In this document: positions 40,240 to 53,416 of the stretch, piece by piece
Position numbering within the stretch: position 1 is the stretch's first letter
Layout of the letters: each line of letters begins with the position of its first letter
Program-made: the position numbers and the translations under genes
DNA from: Octopus sinensis
Taxonomy: Eukaryota
Assembly: GCF_006345805.1 (NCBI RefSeq)
Contig: NC_042999.1
Location: forward strand, 36,084,001 to 36,148,000
Length of the DNA stretch: 64,000 nt
Reading direction: 5' to 3'
Notes under the pieces: model-generated
Seen by the model: only the letters and a program-made list of their open reading frames with translations
Database searches by the model: none
What the model was told of the DNA's origin: nothing

Positions 40240-41040
40240 ACCTGTGCTAGCTTGAATAACAACTGTTTTAGGTACAAAGTCAGCAATTGTGTAAGGAGAG
40301 GGATTGTTGGTTACATCACCCCTATTACTTGACTGGTGCTTTATCAACCCCAAAAGAATGGAAGACAAAACTGGCTTTCTGTAGGATTTGAACCCAGAAC
40401 AGAAAAAGTCGAAAGAAATATCAAGAGGTAGGCAATTTGTCTGATACCATAACAATTATGTCAGTCTACTAATACTGACGATAACAATAATTAATCCTTT
40501 CTTCTATAGGCACAAGGCCTGAAATGTTTTGGTAGGGAAGGTAGTCAATTACATCAATTGGTACTTTTTTTTTTTATCGGCTAAGAATTCTGCCAGTTTG
40601 CCACCTTACTGCTGCTAATAATAATAATGGTTTCAAATTTGTTGGTATGAGGCCATTAATTTCAGGGGAAGAAGTGTGTTGATATCATCGACCCCAGCGC
40701 TTGACTGGTACTTATTTTATTGACTCTGAAAGGATGGAAGGTAAAGTCAACCTCAGCTGCATTTGAACTCAGAATGTAAAGACAAAAGACATGTCACCAT
40801 GTCCGGTGTGCTAACAATAATAAATCGAGGTCTGGAATTTGGAAGAAGGGGGCTAGTCGATCACATCAACCCCAGTGCTCCACTGGAACTTATTTCATTG
40901 ACCCCTAAAGGATGAAAGGTAAAGTCAACCTTGGCAGAATTTGAGCTCAGAACATAAAGACAGACGAAATGCTGCTAGGCATATTGCCCAGCATGCTAAT
41001 GATTCTGCCAGCACACCACCTTCCTGTTAATAATAATAAT
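40240..41040 (-). mobile_element. Array of about 4 copies of the same (ATT)n-tailed SINE
   Basis: Same motifs repeated in tandem. The copy at about 40820-41025 keeps its head (gcatattgcccagcatgctaatgattctgccagc). Confidence 0.82.
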
Positions 41041-41104
41041 AATAATAATAACAGTAGTAGCAATAGTAGTAGTAGTAGTAGTAGTAGTAGAAGCAGCAGT
41101 AGCA
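41027..41104. repeat. (AAT)n followed by (AGT/AGC)n trinucleotide repeat
   Basis: Direct reading. Confidence 0.93.
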
Positions 41105-41840
41105 GTTACCATAACCACAAATCAATTAAATCAATTCCTGTACTTGACTAATAAACCCAGGAAAGGTTACAGGCATAATAATAGTAATAATTTTATTTAT
41201 TTCCATAACAGAGATAACCAAAAAGAAAGAGACGTCAAAAAAATTGAAACGCTTCCTAAAAAGAGATTACTACTAATTGATGTCTCCTTACATTTTGTTT
41301 TTACTTTAGATTTACAGGCGTTGTCTCCCCTGATTTCAGTTCAGATTTTATTTATTTATTTATTTATATTCAATGCTAATAGAATATTAACTCCAGTAGT
41401 TGTTCAGCCCTAGTACAACTGTGGCCATCTGAGGCTCGTTTTTTTTTTTTTTTTTTACTTTCAGGGACTACAATATTTCAGCTGTCTTTTATTATTCCTT
41501 TCAAGACAAACAGGGTATTATATACAAGGTCAGAGTTGGCTCTTAGTACAAACAGATCAAGCAACTACATAAAGTTTCTCTTGTAGGCTCATATCAATCT
41601 CAGTGAAAACATTAGCTGTCACAACAGTGAAAATATTTACACACACATACTCACATATACACAGGGGTGACACATGGCAGTATAGATAAGAGGTTTTCTA
41701 AGCAACCATGAGGTTTCAAGTTCAATTCCACTGGATAGCAGCTTAGGTAAGTGTCTTTTACTATAGCCTCAGACTGACCAATACCTTTTAATTAAAATTT
41801 GCTAGATACTAACTATATGGAAACCTAACACGTGTGTGTG

Positions 41841-42223
41841 TGGGACGAGGTGGTGAAGCACGACCTTCGAACTTTAGGCCTCACTGAGGAAATGACCAGC
41901 GACCGAGACCTTTGGAAATATGCTGTATGTGAGAAGACCAGGCAGGACAAGTGAGCCCAGCCCACTTGTGCATGCCTTTCCTCCCTTGGACACAAAGACC
42001 TGTTGAGGCACCAGCCTCGCCTGGCACCTGTGCGGGTGGCACGTAAAAAGCACCCACTACACTCACGGAGTGGTTGGCGTTAGGAAGGGCATCCAGCTGT
42101 AGAAACATTGCCAGATAAGACTGGAGCCTGGTGCAGCCTTCTGGCTTCCCAGATCCCCGGTCGAACCGTCCAACCCATGCTAGCATGGAGAACGGACGTT
42201 AAACGATGATGATGATGATGATG
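41841..42223 (+). mobile_element. 5'-truncated RTE-clade LINE (ORF C-terminus, 3'UTR, (GAT)n tail)
   Basis: 41841-41954 reads WDEVVKHDLRTLGLTEEMTSDRDLWKYAVCEKTRQDK*, followed by a 3'UTR ending cggacgttaaac(gat)n. Confidence 0.88.
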
Positions 42224-42544
42224 AATGGGCAGCAATAATGTTCATGTCCTACAGTTTTGCAGTTTCAACATGCAAATACTAGTGGAGTAAAGTATTTTTA
42301 CTTGAAAACAAGCAAGAGTTGGTGTCAGGAGAGGCATTTGGCCACAGAACATACTAACTGAAGAAATCTTGTCAAACCATACCAGCATGGGAAAAGCAGG
42401 TATAAAAACGATGAAGATGAGGACTTAAAAACTTAAACAACAAAACAGAATTCTGACAAGTCAACTACATTTGGACAAACAGAATATTCCTCAAGATGGT
42501 TTCTCTTACAAAACACAACAATATAAAAAAAATACGTAGCTCAC

Positions 42545-45120
42545 CTGGAGTGTGTTCTGGAAAGTGAAGTTAATTTGCGTCCATCAGCTAAAACAGAATT
42601 CCGAATACTATCTGGTGAGAGTGGAGCATGCCACTGGACACGTGGAAGTCCAACCAGGCTTTCCTCAGGGGATGGACATTGGGATGTTCCTGTAAGGGAA
42701 GTGGATGTTGCCAGAGATAATGGATCACTGGCAGTAGAAAGACCGAGTGGAATATTGACAATAGGTGAACCAGTGAGGGCCTGCGACACGGCTGGATTTA
42801 ATAACTGAGTAGCAGCCAAGAAAGAGGCAGCTGCCTGAGCAGGTAATGATGGTGTTCCCAAAACCATAGAGTTACACGTTATTGGTCCCATTGAGGGCAT
42901 ACCCGACAACATACTGCTCTGAGTACTGAACAGGCTTTGCCCCATACAAGATGGTGCCATTACCATTTCTGGGTCACTGTCACCCACTATCTGTTGCAAT
43001 GCAATTGAATGAGGAGAAGGTGTGAGAGGCAGTGGCGGAGCGAGAGAAGAAGGATTGGTGTGATGTGATTGTTGTTGAACAGCAGCAGTGTTATGTGGTA
43101 ATGGCGGTGGCGGTGGCGGAGGGGGAAGTGGTGGTGGCGGGGGTAATGGCGGTGGAATTCCTTGCCTGGAGGACTGGCAGTTCTGTACTTTGTATGTCAA
43201 AGATGCTTTCCGCCTGGATTTAAGCAAGAAACTGTCTTTTTTATTTTGAGGTAAGAGACACCGTTTGGGTGCAGCTATGATTTCCCGGCCACCAACAGCA
43301 ATTACACTGTCGTCACCATTATCTGAGGTATTTTCTGACCAGTTACCTTCAGAGAGTCCATTAGTGTGGTGTGGGTCAGACACCATATCTTCTATCTCGG
43401 CTGGAGGTTCGGACGGCAATACAACGGTCACATCCTCTTTAATCCCTTCCTTCTTCAAGATCTCCTTAGCATTTAATTTCTCCTTCTCCTGCTCTTCCTC
43501 TTCCTGTCTCAGCTGCTGAGATTCTTTGTCGCTATTTGAGTATTGAGTACTGCAGATGGCAGTGTCATTGGTAGCATATTTCAGATCTGAGTTACCATGA
43601 CTAAGCATGGGATGTTGGTTTTCGCCAACACCAAGCTCTTGGGAAGCTGAGGACATGTCAACACCAATGCCATCAGCATCGGTCTGTTCTTGAAGTCGAT
43701 TCAAGTAACCAAGTCTAATGGAAGACTTCAAGCTAGCAAGGATTGCACGTTTCCTCACTTTCCTAACATAGTCCAATGGGTAGCTATCACTATGGAAACG
43801 CATAATGTGCTGACGTAAGTTACGGTATTCGCTGAAACCTTTGCCACATTCTTTGCAATAGCATGGCTTATAGCCAGTATGAATCCTCTCATGACGTTGT
43901 AAGGAGAAAAACCTTGTAAACGATTTTCTGCAATATAAACAAACATAACAGCCATTAATCTTTTGATATGAACAACTAAAATCTCTAGAAGGTAACCCTG
44001 CCGATGATAGGTTAACATTAGTTTGGTAAAGGTTATTAGAAGAGGAGTCGACCAATGGGGGCTCCTTGGAAGAGTCTCTTTCGAGAACTGGCTCCTTAAA
44101 TTCAGTATTAAGTGACAATGTTTCATTTGTTTCTTCTGTAGGCAAAGGAGCAGTTTGGCTAATGGGGTTGGGGTTGTGAAAAGGTTCTCCCTGGTCAACC
44201 TGAACAGTGTTTCTTGAGGAGGGTAGTCGATGTCTTCGGGAATGGCGAAGCAGCTGAGCTTTGAAGCGAAAGTTGTTGCCACAGATCCCACACTGATAGG
44301 TGACCAGATGCCGTTCGTAGTGCAAAGACATGTGGCACTGGAGCTTACTAAGAAAATTGAACAATTTGCCACAGAGGTAGCACTTATATAGAGATGTCTT
44401 CAGGCCATTTTCTAAGTTTACACCATCAATTCTTGTGGCAATAATAGTCTCATTTTTAATACTAATTCGATTTTTCCGGAACGGAGATTCTGTGGAAATC
44501 ACAAGATCCTCCGACTTTTTATTTGAAAGAGAAGCAGCTGGTTTGCTGCCTTCCCGTACAGGAAATACAGGGGTGGCTGATGATGATGTAGTGGTACTGG
44601 GTACAAAATAAGCTGGTGGGGATTGCTGGTGAGGGGGTGGAGGATGAGAAGAATGAGAAGATTCAAAATTTGATAGCTTTGCTTCAGCCATAGCCTCAGT
44701 GATTTTCTGGTCATTTAAACCAAGGCTTTTAGCAAGCTCCAACTCTGCTTTAAAAGTGGTGGAGGGCTTTACAGCTGTTATGTCATCTGTTCTGACAAAG
44801 CTGTTATTGTTGCTGCTTCCACTCGGATTTTGTGTCGGTGTGAGAATTTCTGAAGTTTTGCCTTCACTTAGTAAATCTTTATCTTCCTGCATTTCACCAT
44901 TGTCAAGATCTGTTATGTGAACAGGGCTGTGTTGCATTGTTAAATCTAGAGTCTCTTTCTCCTGAGTTTTATCATGTAGATGAAAGGTTTTTATTTGAGC
45001 CCGAGTTTTCAGGCGGAGGTAACGCTCTTCCAGACCTTGGCTCAGCTCTACGTTGACGCCATGTGCCACCTTCTTATGATACAGCATGCTTCCTTTTGCT
45101 TTGAAAGCTTTATTGCAGAC
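42545..45120 (-). CDS. Zinc-finger gene large exon (end of ZF4, ZF5-ZF8, polyproline and low-complexity regions)
   Basis: Acceptor tttttttcag|GTC TGC at 45120 gives VCNKAFKAKGSMLYHKKVAH. The 2576-nt exon is open throughout and contains CYLC..HMSLH, CGIC..HSRRH, CLYC..HERIHTGYKP and CKEC..HIMRFH. Donor TCC AG|gtgagc (phase 2) matches the next exon. Confidence 0.95.
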
Positions 45121-47636
45121 CTGAAAAAAAAAAGTTAAGAAACAATTGTTTACAACAAATTCAATACCACCATAAGTATCATAATTCTTTCACAGATACT
45201 ATATATATGTTGGTGTATAAGATGTGCCTTTTTTTATTTTTACTTTTATATGTAACTTAAAACTGCCATGTATCTAATGTGGTGACATTATGGATGGGAG
45301 ATACTGAGTATATGAATATATAATGAAATCTTAGATTTGTTTTTTTTCCCACAAAAAAAGCAAGGGTTTGTCCCATGCAAGAGTGCATCTTATAATGGTA
45401 TACATTTATAGAGGTAAAATCAGTTATAAAAATAAGAAAGATGAGTTAAAGGTCAATACATGATGAACATTTAATATATTTACACAGGATTTGAGGCAAA
45501 TAGAGAATATTAATTTGAAATGTTTACATTCTTGAAAAGTTTTGGGTTAGATAACGTAATGGCTAAAGGATTAGACATCATTAAATCCAAGTTGTTCCTA
45601 AAGTTGCAGATATGTCTATAGGCACTGGTATGGATGTGAAAGCTGCAGGTATGGTAGTGTATAAGAAGTTCACTTTGCAATGTTGTTGTTTCAGGTTCAA
45701 TCCCACAGTATGGCACATTGGGCAAGTTATGGCCTCAGGCCAACTAGTGCATTAATATGAGTGCAATTTGAAATAAGGAAAATTCAAATTGCAAACAGAG
45801 TAACTCCAGTACATTAATACTTCTTCCTATTCTTCATTGCAGGCAAATGATGGGTTCCAAGTAGAAATAATATACCATTAGTGAGTTCTTTATGAAGGAG
45901 GAGGGTATAGGCTGTTCAACAGCCACAGAAGGCTACAGATTGTTTATAGAGAAAACACTACTGATAAAAGAATGTGCACAGGTGGATAAAGTTTAAAAAA
46001 GGGGAAACCACACACATCTTTAAAAACAAATCTATCAACAATTTGAACAACCTATATCAGTTAATAAAAAGTTATGACCATTTTTTCATTAATCTCAGTT
46101 CAACCTTCATATCATACTATGTATATGCATGCTGAGGACTCACCTGTCATAAATACCAGATGAGAGTTCCACAACTTCTTATCAGGCAACTTGCTCTGAT
46201 GATTTATTTATAGTGATCAAATGTTTGTAATTTACATTAGCTCACTCTCTTTCCATCAAATCGACATTGCCTGTACAGGTGCACAGTGTGCCACACAACG
46301 CATCAGTTGTCGAAGTGATCACAGAACAATGTGAAATGAAGTGTTTTGCTCAAGGATATGATACACTGTCCAGCCCAGGAATCGAAACTACGATCTCATG
46401 ACTAAGTGCAATACCCTAATCATTAGGTCACATGCCCTTACTCATATATGTGTGCACATATGCACACACACATACACACACGCACATATATACACACTCA
46501 CTGTCATGCATGCATGTACACACATCATTCTTTTATTGTCTTGCCAGCACAATCGTGTGGGAAGGCAATGCAATGCAATGACTATCTTAATGCAGTATAT
46601 GTTAAGATTTAAGGATTCAGTTACAACTATTTCCCTTCTAAGTTGTCACTGCTCTCTCTTTCTCTGCATCTGTTATGTTTATTCAAGGGTTATGCAAATT
46701 TCTAAGTTCAGAAGTGATGATGGTAGTGACAGGGGTTGCATTATATTTGATATGGCATTGTTTTCAAGTAAACACAGTTCTTTTAACCATGGACTTCAAA
46801 CACTTTCACATACAATATATTTATATTACCATTTCATGCTAGTGCAGTCACCTTTCCTATACACATCATAAAATGGGGGAACATACATAGTCATTTGATG
46901 TACTAGAAATAACAGACAAATATCTCTCAAATCACTCTACAATCTCAGAAAATTTTTTTTTTTAATTAGAGGAACATGTTGGGTTATCTAATGTGATAAA
47001 TTGGTAGATAAGACAGGATGGCTATGACTGGAAGGAGTTTGATTGAAGGTCTGTTCAACTAAGAATGACCTGGGGTCCAAACAACAACAACAAAAGCAGT
47101 CAATCAAGCCAATGGGAGAGCTCTTTTCTGATCATCTGACATACTAAAAATATTTATTTATAAAATCACTCAAATCTGACCTTGCTATCTTAAAAAAAAA
47201 GGATACATTACACAGTATCCTCTTACATACACCATATATATGCAAAGAGATGGTCACAGCTGGAATACCTTTGATCATTTAAGCCTAACATGGGACAAAA
47301 GAACAACAACCAATGTCATTAATGCCTAGTTACTTTCTGACTAATTGAAAAGTTTCATGTAAAATTCTACAGCAGTTTCAATGGATCATAAACTAATTTA
47401 CTCAAACTTTAACAATTTCTCTCATTAACCTCCCTCGTCAGTCGTCAACATACATCCTCTATGTGTGTGTGTGTTTCATGTCCAGTTTTGTATGCTTGCA
47501 ACAGTTGAATGGAGTTTACTGAGGAAGTTTTTTTACAGCAAGATATCCTTCCTGTCACTAACTCTAACTTGTTTCCAAGCAAGGTAATATTTCTCCATGT
47601 CCAGATATACTTTCACAGAAAATTGGGTATGAATCT

Positions 47637-47746
47637 CATCATCATCATCATCGTTTAACGTCCGATCTGGCAGTGTTTCTACAGTTGGATGCCCTTCCTA
47701 ACGCCAACCACTCCGTGAGTGTAGTGGGTGCTTTTTACGTGCCACC
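47637..47746 (-). mobile_element. RTE 3'UTR fragment, internally deleted
   Basis: The reverse complement matches 42035-42116 at 80/82 nt, then jumps directly to cggacgttaaac(gat)n. Confidence 0.85.
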
Positions 47747-48479
47747 ACGCCAAATACACAGATTCACATAGAATTCTCACATGATGAGCTTCTTTCACTT
47801 TCTGAGTACCAAATCCACTCACAAGGTTTTAGTCAACCTGGGACTCTTGCAGAAGGCACTTGCTTAAGGTACCATGCAGTGAAACTGAACCCAAAACCAC
47901 GTGGCTGGGAAACAAACTGTAAAGTTCCAGTCAAATTGGACTTTACAATAAATATAACTTTACATTCAGCATTGAATCACCTAATCGGTTAAATGTTCCA
48001 GTGCTATCATTAAACCATCTTTAAATTAACCTTAACGCATACACACTCATGTATAACACACACACATACATGCAAAAGCACATTAAAAAGAATGAGTGGG
48101 ATCCTTTATTGGCAAGAAATATAACAGTTCCTGGAAATTTTTCTACCCCCACAACATTCTAACCACACCCATTATTCTATCATTAGCCGTTTCCAGGTCT
48201 AATTATATCACATACATAGCAATATTTATCTAATATTTCAAGCAAGTTCTCCATTGCAGTTCATGATTTTTCAGTTTATTTTGCAGTGTTAGCTACATGA
48301 ATGTATCTAGTTAACTTCTCAGTCTGCTGAAAAATCCCCATTCTTACTGAATCCTTTTCTACTTAATTTACTGCAAACTGCACAAAGACATCTTTTTCTT
48401 GTTAACAACTCCCTCTCTCTCTTTCGGAGAGGCACTGAGCAGCTATACGCACACATACACACACGGCAGTAACTTCCAC

Positions 48480-48615
48480 CTACCGAATTCAATCACAAAG
48501 CTCCGGTCGGCTCGGGGCTATAGTGGAAGACACCTACCCAAAGTGCCACGCAGTGGGACTGAACCCGAAACCATGTAGCTAGGAAGCAAGCTCCCTAACC
48601 ACACAGCCATGCCCG
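48480..48615 (-). mobile_element. SINE family B head fragment
   Basis: gtgccacgcagtgggactgaacccgaaacc...accacacagccatgcc. Confidence 0.75.
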
Positions 48616-48818
48616 CATTTAGATATTGATTTTGTTCATGCCCTTTTCTCAAATGTATCAGCAATGTAAAGGAAAACGGTTACAAATAAGATTTAAATGA
48701 TGTTTAGATGTCAAGTGTGGAGAGAGAGAGAGAGAGAGAGAAGAGAGGAAAAGGAGGAAGTGAGGGAAAGAGCAAGAGAGGAAGGGAGAGAAAAGATTAG
48801 TTAAAGAACTGAACACAC

Positions 48819-49484
48819 CTCACACTGAAATGGCTTTTCTCCAGAATGAACCATCAAATGTCTTTTCAAGTCACTAGGTTTGGGAAACACCTTGCCACAT
48901 TGGCGACATGAGCGCCGGGACAGTATTGATTTACGGCGCCCTGGCCCTCTCGGTCTTCCGCGTGTGGCATGTTCCGTTGGTAAGGATGTTTTCCACATCA
49001 CAGAGTTCATACTACTCTCTGTATTTGCATCGTTACCATCTTCTTTTACTGGACATGAATAATTGATAATCGCCTGTGACACATGGGGGGGTCTACCCCG
49101 AGGTCGTGTACCTAGAGCTGACCGCCGGTTTGCAAGTCTTGATTTGGTATGTTTACTTGATACTCCGGCAGAAGCAGTGCTGGCTTCTGCATCGGGGACG
49201 GCAGATAAATAAGCATTGTTAGATTTTTTCCTTAACGTCAAGCGGCTTGTCTTTGAACTGGAACCTTGTTTACAAGACTTCAATAGACTTGATGTTAACG
49301 AACTCGACTTGTTTTCCAGCTGGTTGTCCAGACCAGTTTTAGCTCGAAGCCGTCGCGTTTTCCACTCTTTGGCAAACTCCGAAGACTTTTTGGCACCAGG
49401 ATTAAAACCTTCGGAAACGCTGTGATGTTTGATATATTGGTGATACTGTAAGCTGCGTTTGGCCTTGAAAGATTTCTTACATAC
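48819..49484 (-). CDS. Zinc-finger gene exon (end of ZF2, two AT-hook-like motifs, ZF3, start of ZF4)
   Basis: Acceptor tttgcttttgcag|GTA TGT and donor TGT GAG|gtgtgt. 666 nt, phase 0-0. It completes CE|VCKKSFKAKRSLQYHQYIKH and contains RPRGRPP, RGRPRGPGRRK and CRQCGKVFPKPSDLKRHLMVHSGEKPFQCE. Confidence 0.95.
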
Positions 49485-50813
49485 CTGCAAAAGCAAATTT
49501 CACATCAACATTAAAACAATTTGCTTATTCTTTCAGATAAACTGATGCATATCGACTAAAATTACCAATTAGTATCAAAACATTCAACTTAAAACTCTTG
49601 CTACCACTTTATAAACATTATGGAATGCTAGTTTTAATATTTCTATATTTCTTCACTGGATATAACTATCTAATTTCTTACAGGTAAAAAAAAAAAGAAA
49701 TACTATACAGGGTATGTCTTCTCTGTAGGCAATGAGCCTCTCACATACGAAGGGTCTCTATGGTAATTATAAAAAATAGTTATAAATTAAGGTATATTTT
49801 GCTATTCCTTTGCTTCCTACTTTAAAATATGCTTTTCCAAGTAAAAAAAAAAATGTGTATTCAGGAGGCTAGCAGCTTTTGGAAGAGTTTTTACACCAGA
49901 ATATTATCTAGCTGAAGGTTCAAATGGTTTGATGTTATCAGATTGTCAGCTTCACTATATGAAATCTAGAACAGTGAATTAGAAAACTCTAACTCTGTTA
50001 CAGTTCATGGATTCAATTCATCACTGTGCAGGTTAAACACAGAAGTTGAGGTTAACAGTCTTCTAAATGCTTATTATTCAATTAATGTCTCTTAGAAAAA
50101 GAAACGCATTAGTTATAACACTCCATATTTAGCTTCGTATTCAGGCTGACAATATGCTCTCATAGAGAAATGTTCCTGATATTATAATATTATAACACAT
50201 CTTTCCATGGTTAATCTTTGATGATAATAATTATATATAAAAACAAAACAAAAAAAAAACCACACCTATTACTTTTATTGTTGTCTACAACACATTTACA
50301 TAAATGTTTTTCATAAAATTGCAATCCTAATCAGATGTAAATAACTATTTGCATTTAATTATTGGTCACAAAAAATGAAAAAAGCAAAAAAAATGACCAT
50401 GTCACTTATATAAATGAATTACAGAGATGAAAGACAAAGTGTTAATACTGGTAGGATATGTACTCAGAACAATGAAGTATCAAAGCTTAGCCGATATTAA
50501 ATAAACTACTAAAGAAGCTCCATTAATGTCTGTCATTACACTTTAAATATGCACTTGTTTCATAGCATTTTGTTTTGTTTTGAGGGAAAATGCTTGATAT
50601 AAAGACAGTAGTTGTCCAAACATCCTTATAATCACTCTTTGTATTAACTTTAACATGGTTAGTACTAATTAGTAAAATTCTTAACTGAATAACAACAATA
50701 AATTCATCTGAAAAATTACATTGAGGGATCCTCTTCTTTGCATCACTGTTGTCACAAGCAAGTGACTTTTATTGGGAAGAGCAAAGAAAATGAAAACTCA
50801 TTACCAGTTTATG

Positions 50814-51061
50814 CCGGCACGTAAAATGCACCAATCCGACCGTGGCCGATGCCAGCCTCGCCTGGCTCCAGTGCAGGTGGCACGTAAAAAGCACCCACTA
50901 CACTCGCGGAGTGGTTGGCATTAGGAAGGGCATCCAGCTGTAGAAACATTGCCAGATAAGACCAGAGCCTGGTGCAGCCTTCTGGCTTCCCAGATCCCCG
51001 GTTGAACCGTCCAACCCATGCTAGCATGGAGAACAGACATTAAACGATGATGATGATGATG
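50814..51061 (+). mobile_element. RTE 3'UTR fragment (two units plus tail)
   Basis: ggcacgtaaaa(t/a)gcac twice, then the same 3'UTR and (GAT)n tail. Confidence 0.85.
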
Positions 51062-52216
51062 AAGGGTTGCTAAAAAAACGTATCAATAAACACTCCTGGT
51101 ACACCCAGGCTGATTCATCAGCCCAAGTGATACAAGCTGATAGGATTTTGAGGTCAATCCATTGGTCCAATGGAACAAATGTTGTGAATGGTTGGTTTTG
51201 AAATGTAAAAGTTAATCAGAGATCGTCTTTCAGTAGATGTATCTCAATAGAAAAAATAATTTTGGTCTTTTTGGCTACACATACCGAGACACAGTGTCCC
51301 AAATGGGTTAAATTACAAACACACCAGCAATTTTCTGGAATCCTTAGTTCCACACCTATGCCAAGTGTCAAATTAACTGTTTTGTTATATTAGAAGAGGT
51401 CACAAAACAGTAATTCTGAGCTAAATTCCTAGAAGGCTGCTACCATATCATTTATAACTTTTCCACTACTCTGTGACATGCATTTGTTTATTCACTAGAA
51501 GCCTGTTATAAAGCCGGAAACATTCTTCCAACCCTTCAGCTATATAATATGAAATATTTAAAACAAGATCTAATGCTATGCACTAACCTCTTAACCATTG
51601 GGTCCCACTGAGCCTTGTCTTGAAACATTATTGTGAAAAGATTTATATTTTCATCTTTCATGCAGGAACAATGTATTCTCCACAGTAAACCTAAGTTATC
51701 TATTAACCTGCACTTGAGAGTCCCTAGGGGATTAGCATGCGGTGTTTGGTTTAGTTTTAAATATTTGTGTCTTTACAGTTAGGTGAGAGGAAGAGTGTTT
51801 CTGCCTTTATGATATGTTACTAATAAACAAATGTGTATCATGAATGCTTGGTAGTAAAAATATTATAATGGTTGTAGGAAATTTAAATATCCTCATGTAA
51901 TTACGTTTAGATTAAAAGGGGGTGCTGGACATTCAGTAGCTAGACAATCAGCTGATACCTTAATTTTCTTGACTTCACTGATAAAGAGTTAATAGGAATG
52001 CATCCAACTATAAACAAAAATATTGATACAAAAATATGCAAATGTTTGAATTTACAACAACAAAATTTCAGCCATAATAGCAATGGAAATTACAGCAACA
52101 AAAGGAATCTGTATTGAAGGTTGGTAACAATAATGGCATAATAGAGTGGTGTATGCAAGCAAAATAGAAATAATCTAAAATATTTGGGAATGATTACTGA
52201 AGAGGAACTTGCTTAA

Positions 52217-52437
52217 TCCTTTAGCATTTAAACTGGCTATATCCAGCCCAAATATTCTTCTTATTTTATGTTCAAACTGGCCATATCCAGCCTCTCACAC
52301 CTACCCAACATTTGTCATTCTAAACATAAGCAGTCATATCACTGAAATCTGAAAGCTACAAGATAATACATGAGTAGCTCAAAATAATGTGAATATATAA
52401 ACATTACATTTGACAGAATAAGCTGAATGCTAAAGGG
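52217..52437. mobile_element. Family-1 MITE
   Basis: TTAA|TCCTTTAGC ... GCTAAAGGG|TTAA, 221 bp. Confidence 0.85.
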
Positions 52438-53416
52438 TTAATGACAATTAAAGCCAACCCCAGTTTCCTTGAAGGATTAAATTTGAGAAGATTAAAGGGG
52501 CAAAAATTTATCAAGCAAAAAATTTTGTTGGAAACAAGCACTTTGACAAATATGAAATGGAAAAAAGAATTTTAAACTCCTTGTCAATAGGATCTGAATA
52601 CAGGACAGTCTTTGAAATACTTGGTGACTGGACAAGAGATGAGTTGAATAGTTAACTGATTCTCTGTACTAGTATAATGTCCACAGCAACTTGGTGAGGT
52701 TAGTATTTAGCAAGAGAAACAAGAACAAGGAGTGAGTTTTACAGGGTTAAAGTTCTGAGTAGAAAGTATTTAGTAAGAGTTTGTAGGGTGTAATGACATA
52801 GAGATGACTAACAGAGCAAAGGATAATTAGGTACTTTGGATGGAAACGGTATACAGCTTATTTGTTCAGAATAACAGAGGTTACTGTAATAAAATATACT
52901 GTAACAAAACAGGACAAAAGATGAAACAGTATGTCTGTAGGTTAGTGGCTGGAAAATGGTGAGAAAATCTTTGCCAATCAGGAAGATACCTTTTCAGATT
53001 TAGTAAATGATGATGATGATAGTGGTGGTGAGGTGATGGTGGTGATGGCAGTGGTGTGGTAGTAATAGCAGTAGTAGGAAATGTGGAATGTTGTACAACA
53101 TAATCTCAGTAAAAAAATTTTAAAGCCAGGTGAAGGCATAGTCATGTGGTAAGAAGTTTGCTTTCTAACTACATGGTTCTGTGTTCAGTCTTACTGCATG
53201 GCACTTAGGCAAGAGTCTTTTGCTATAGCCTCTGGCCAGCCAAAGCCTGTCTGTGTGTGTATATCCACTGCCACCACCATCACTTGACAACTGGTGTCGG
53301 TCTGTTTACATCCCCCAAAGTTTAAAGATTTGGCAAAAAGAGATCGATAGAATAAGTACCAGGCTTTAAAAAAGATACTGGAGTCAATTTGTTTCATTAA
53401 ACCCATTAAGGCAGTG

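Noticed and set aside
42541-42544. Stop codon ending the 848-aa ORF
   Set aside because: The TGA overlaps a consensus donor (AG|gtgagc) whose phase matches the next finger exon. Intron-retention termination cannot be excluded but has no support.
43755-44372. 205-aa alternative-frame ORF inside the large exon
   Set aside because: It starts at GTG, has no recognisable motif and is best explained as a shadow of the main frame.
42575-44920. Plus-strand ORFs antisense to the large exon
   Set aside because: Antisense shadows of a stop-poor coding region.
52490-52990. Possible CR1/L2 LINE remnant on the minus strand (similar signal at about 35100-35560)
   Set aside because: Only vague compositional and motif resemblance; no motif I can support without a search.
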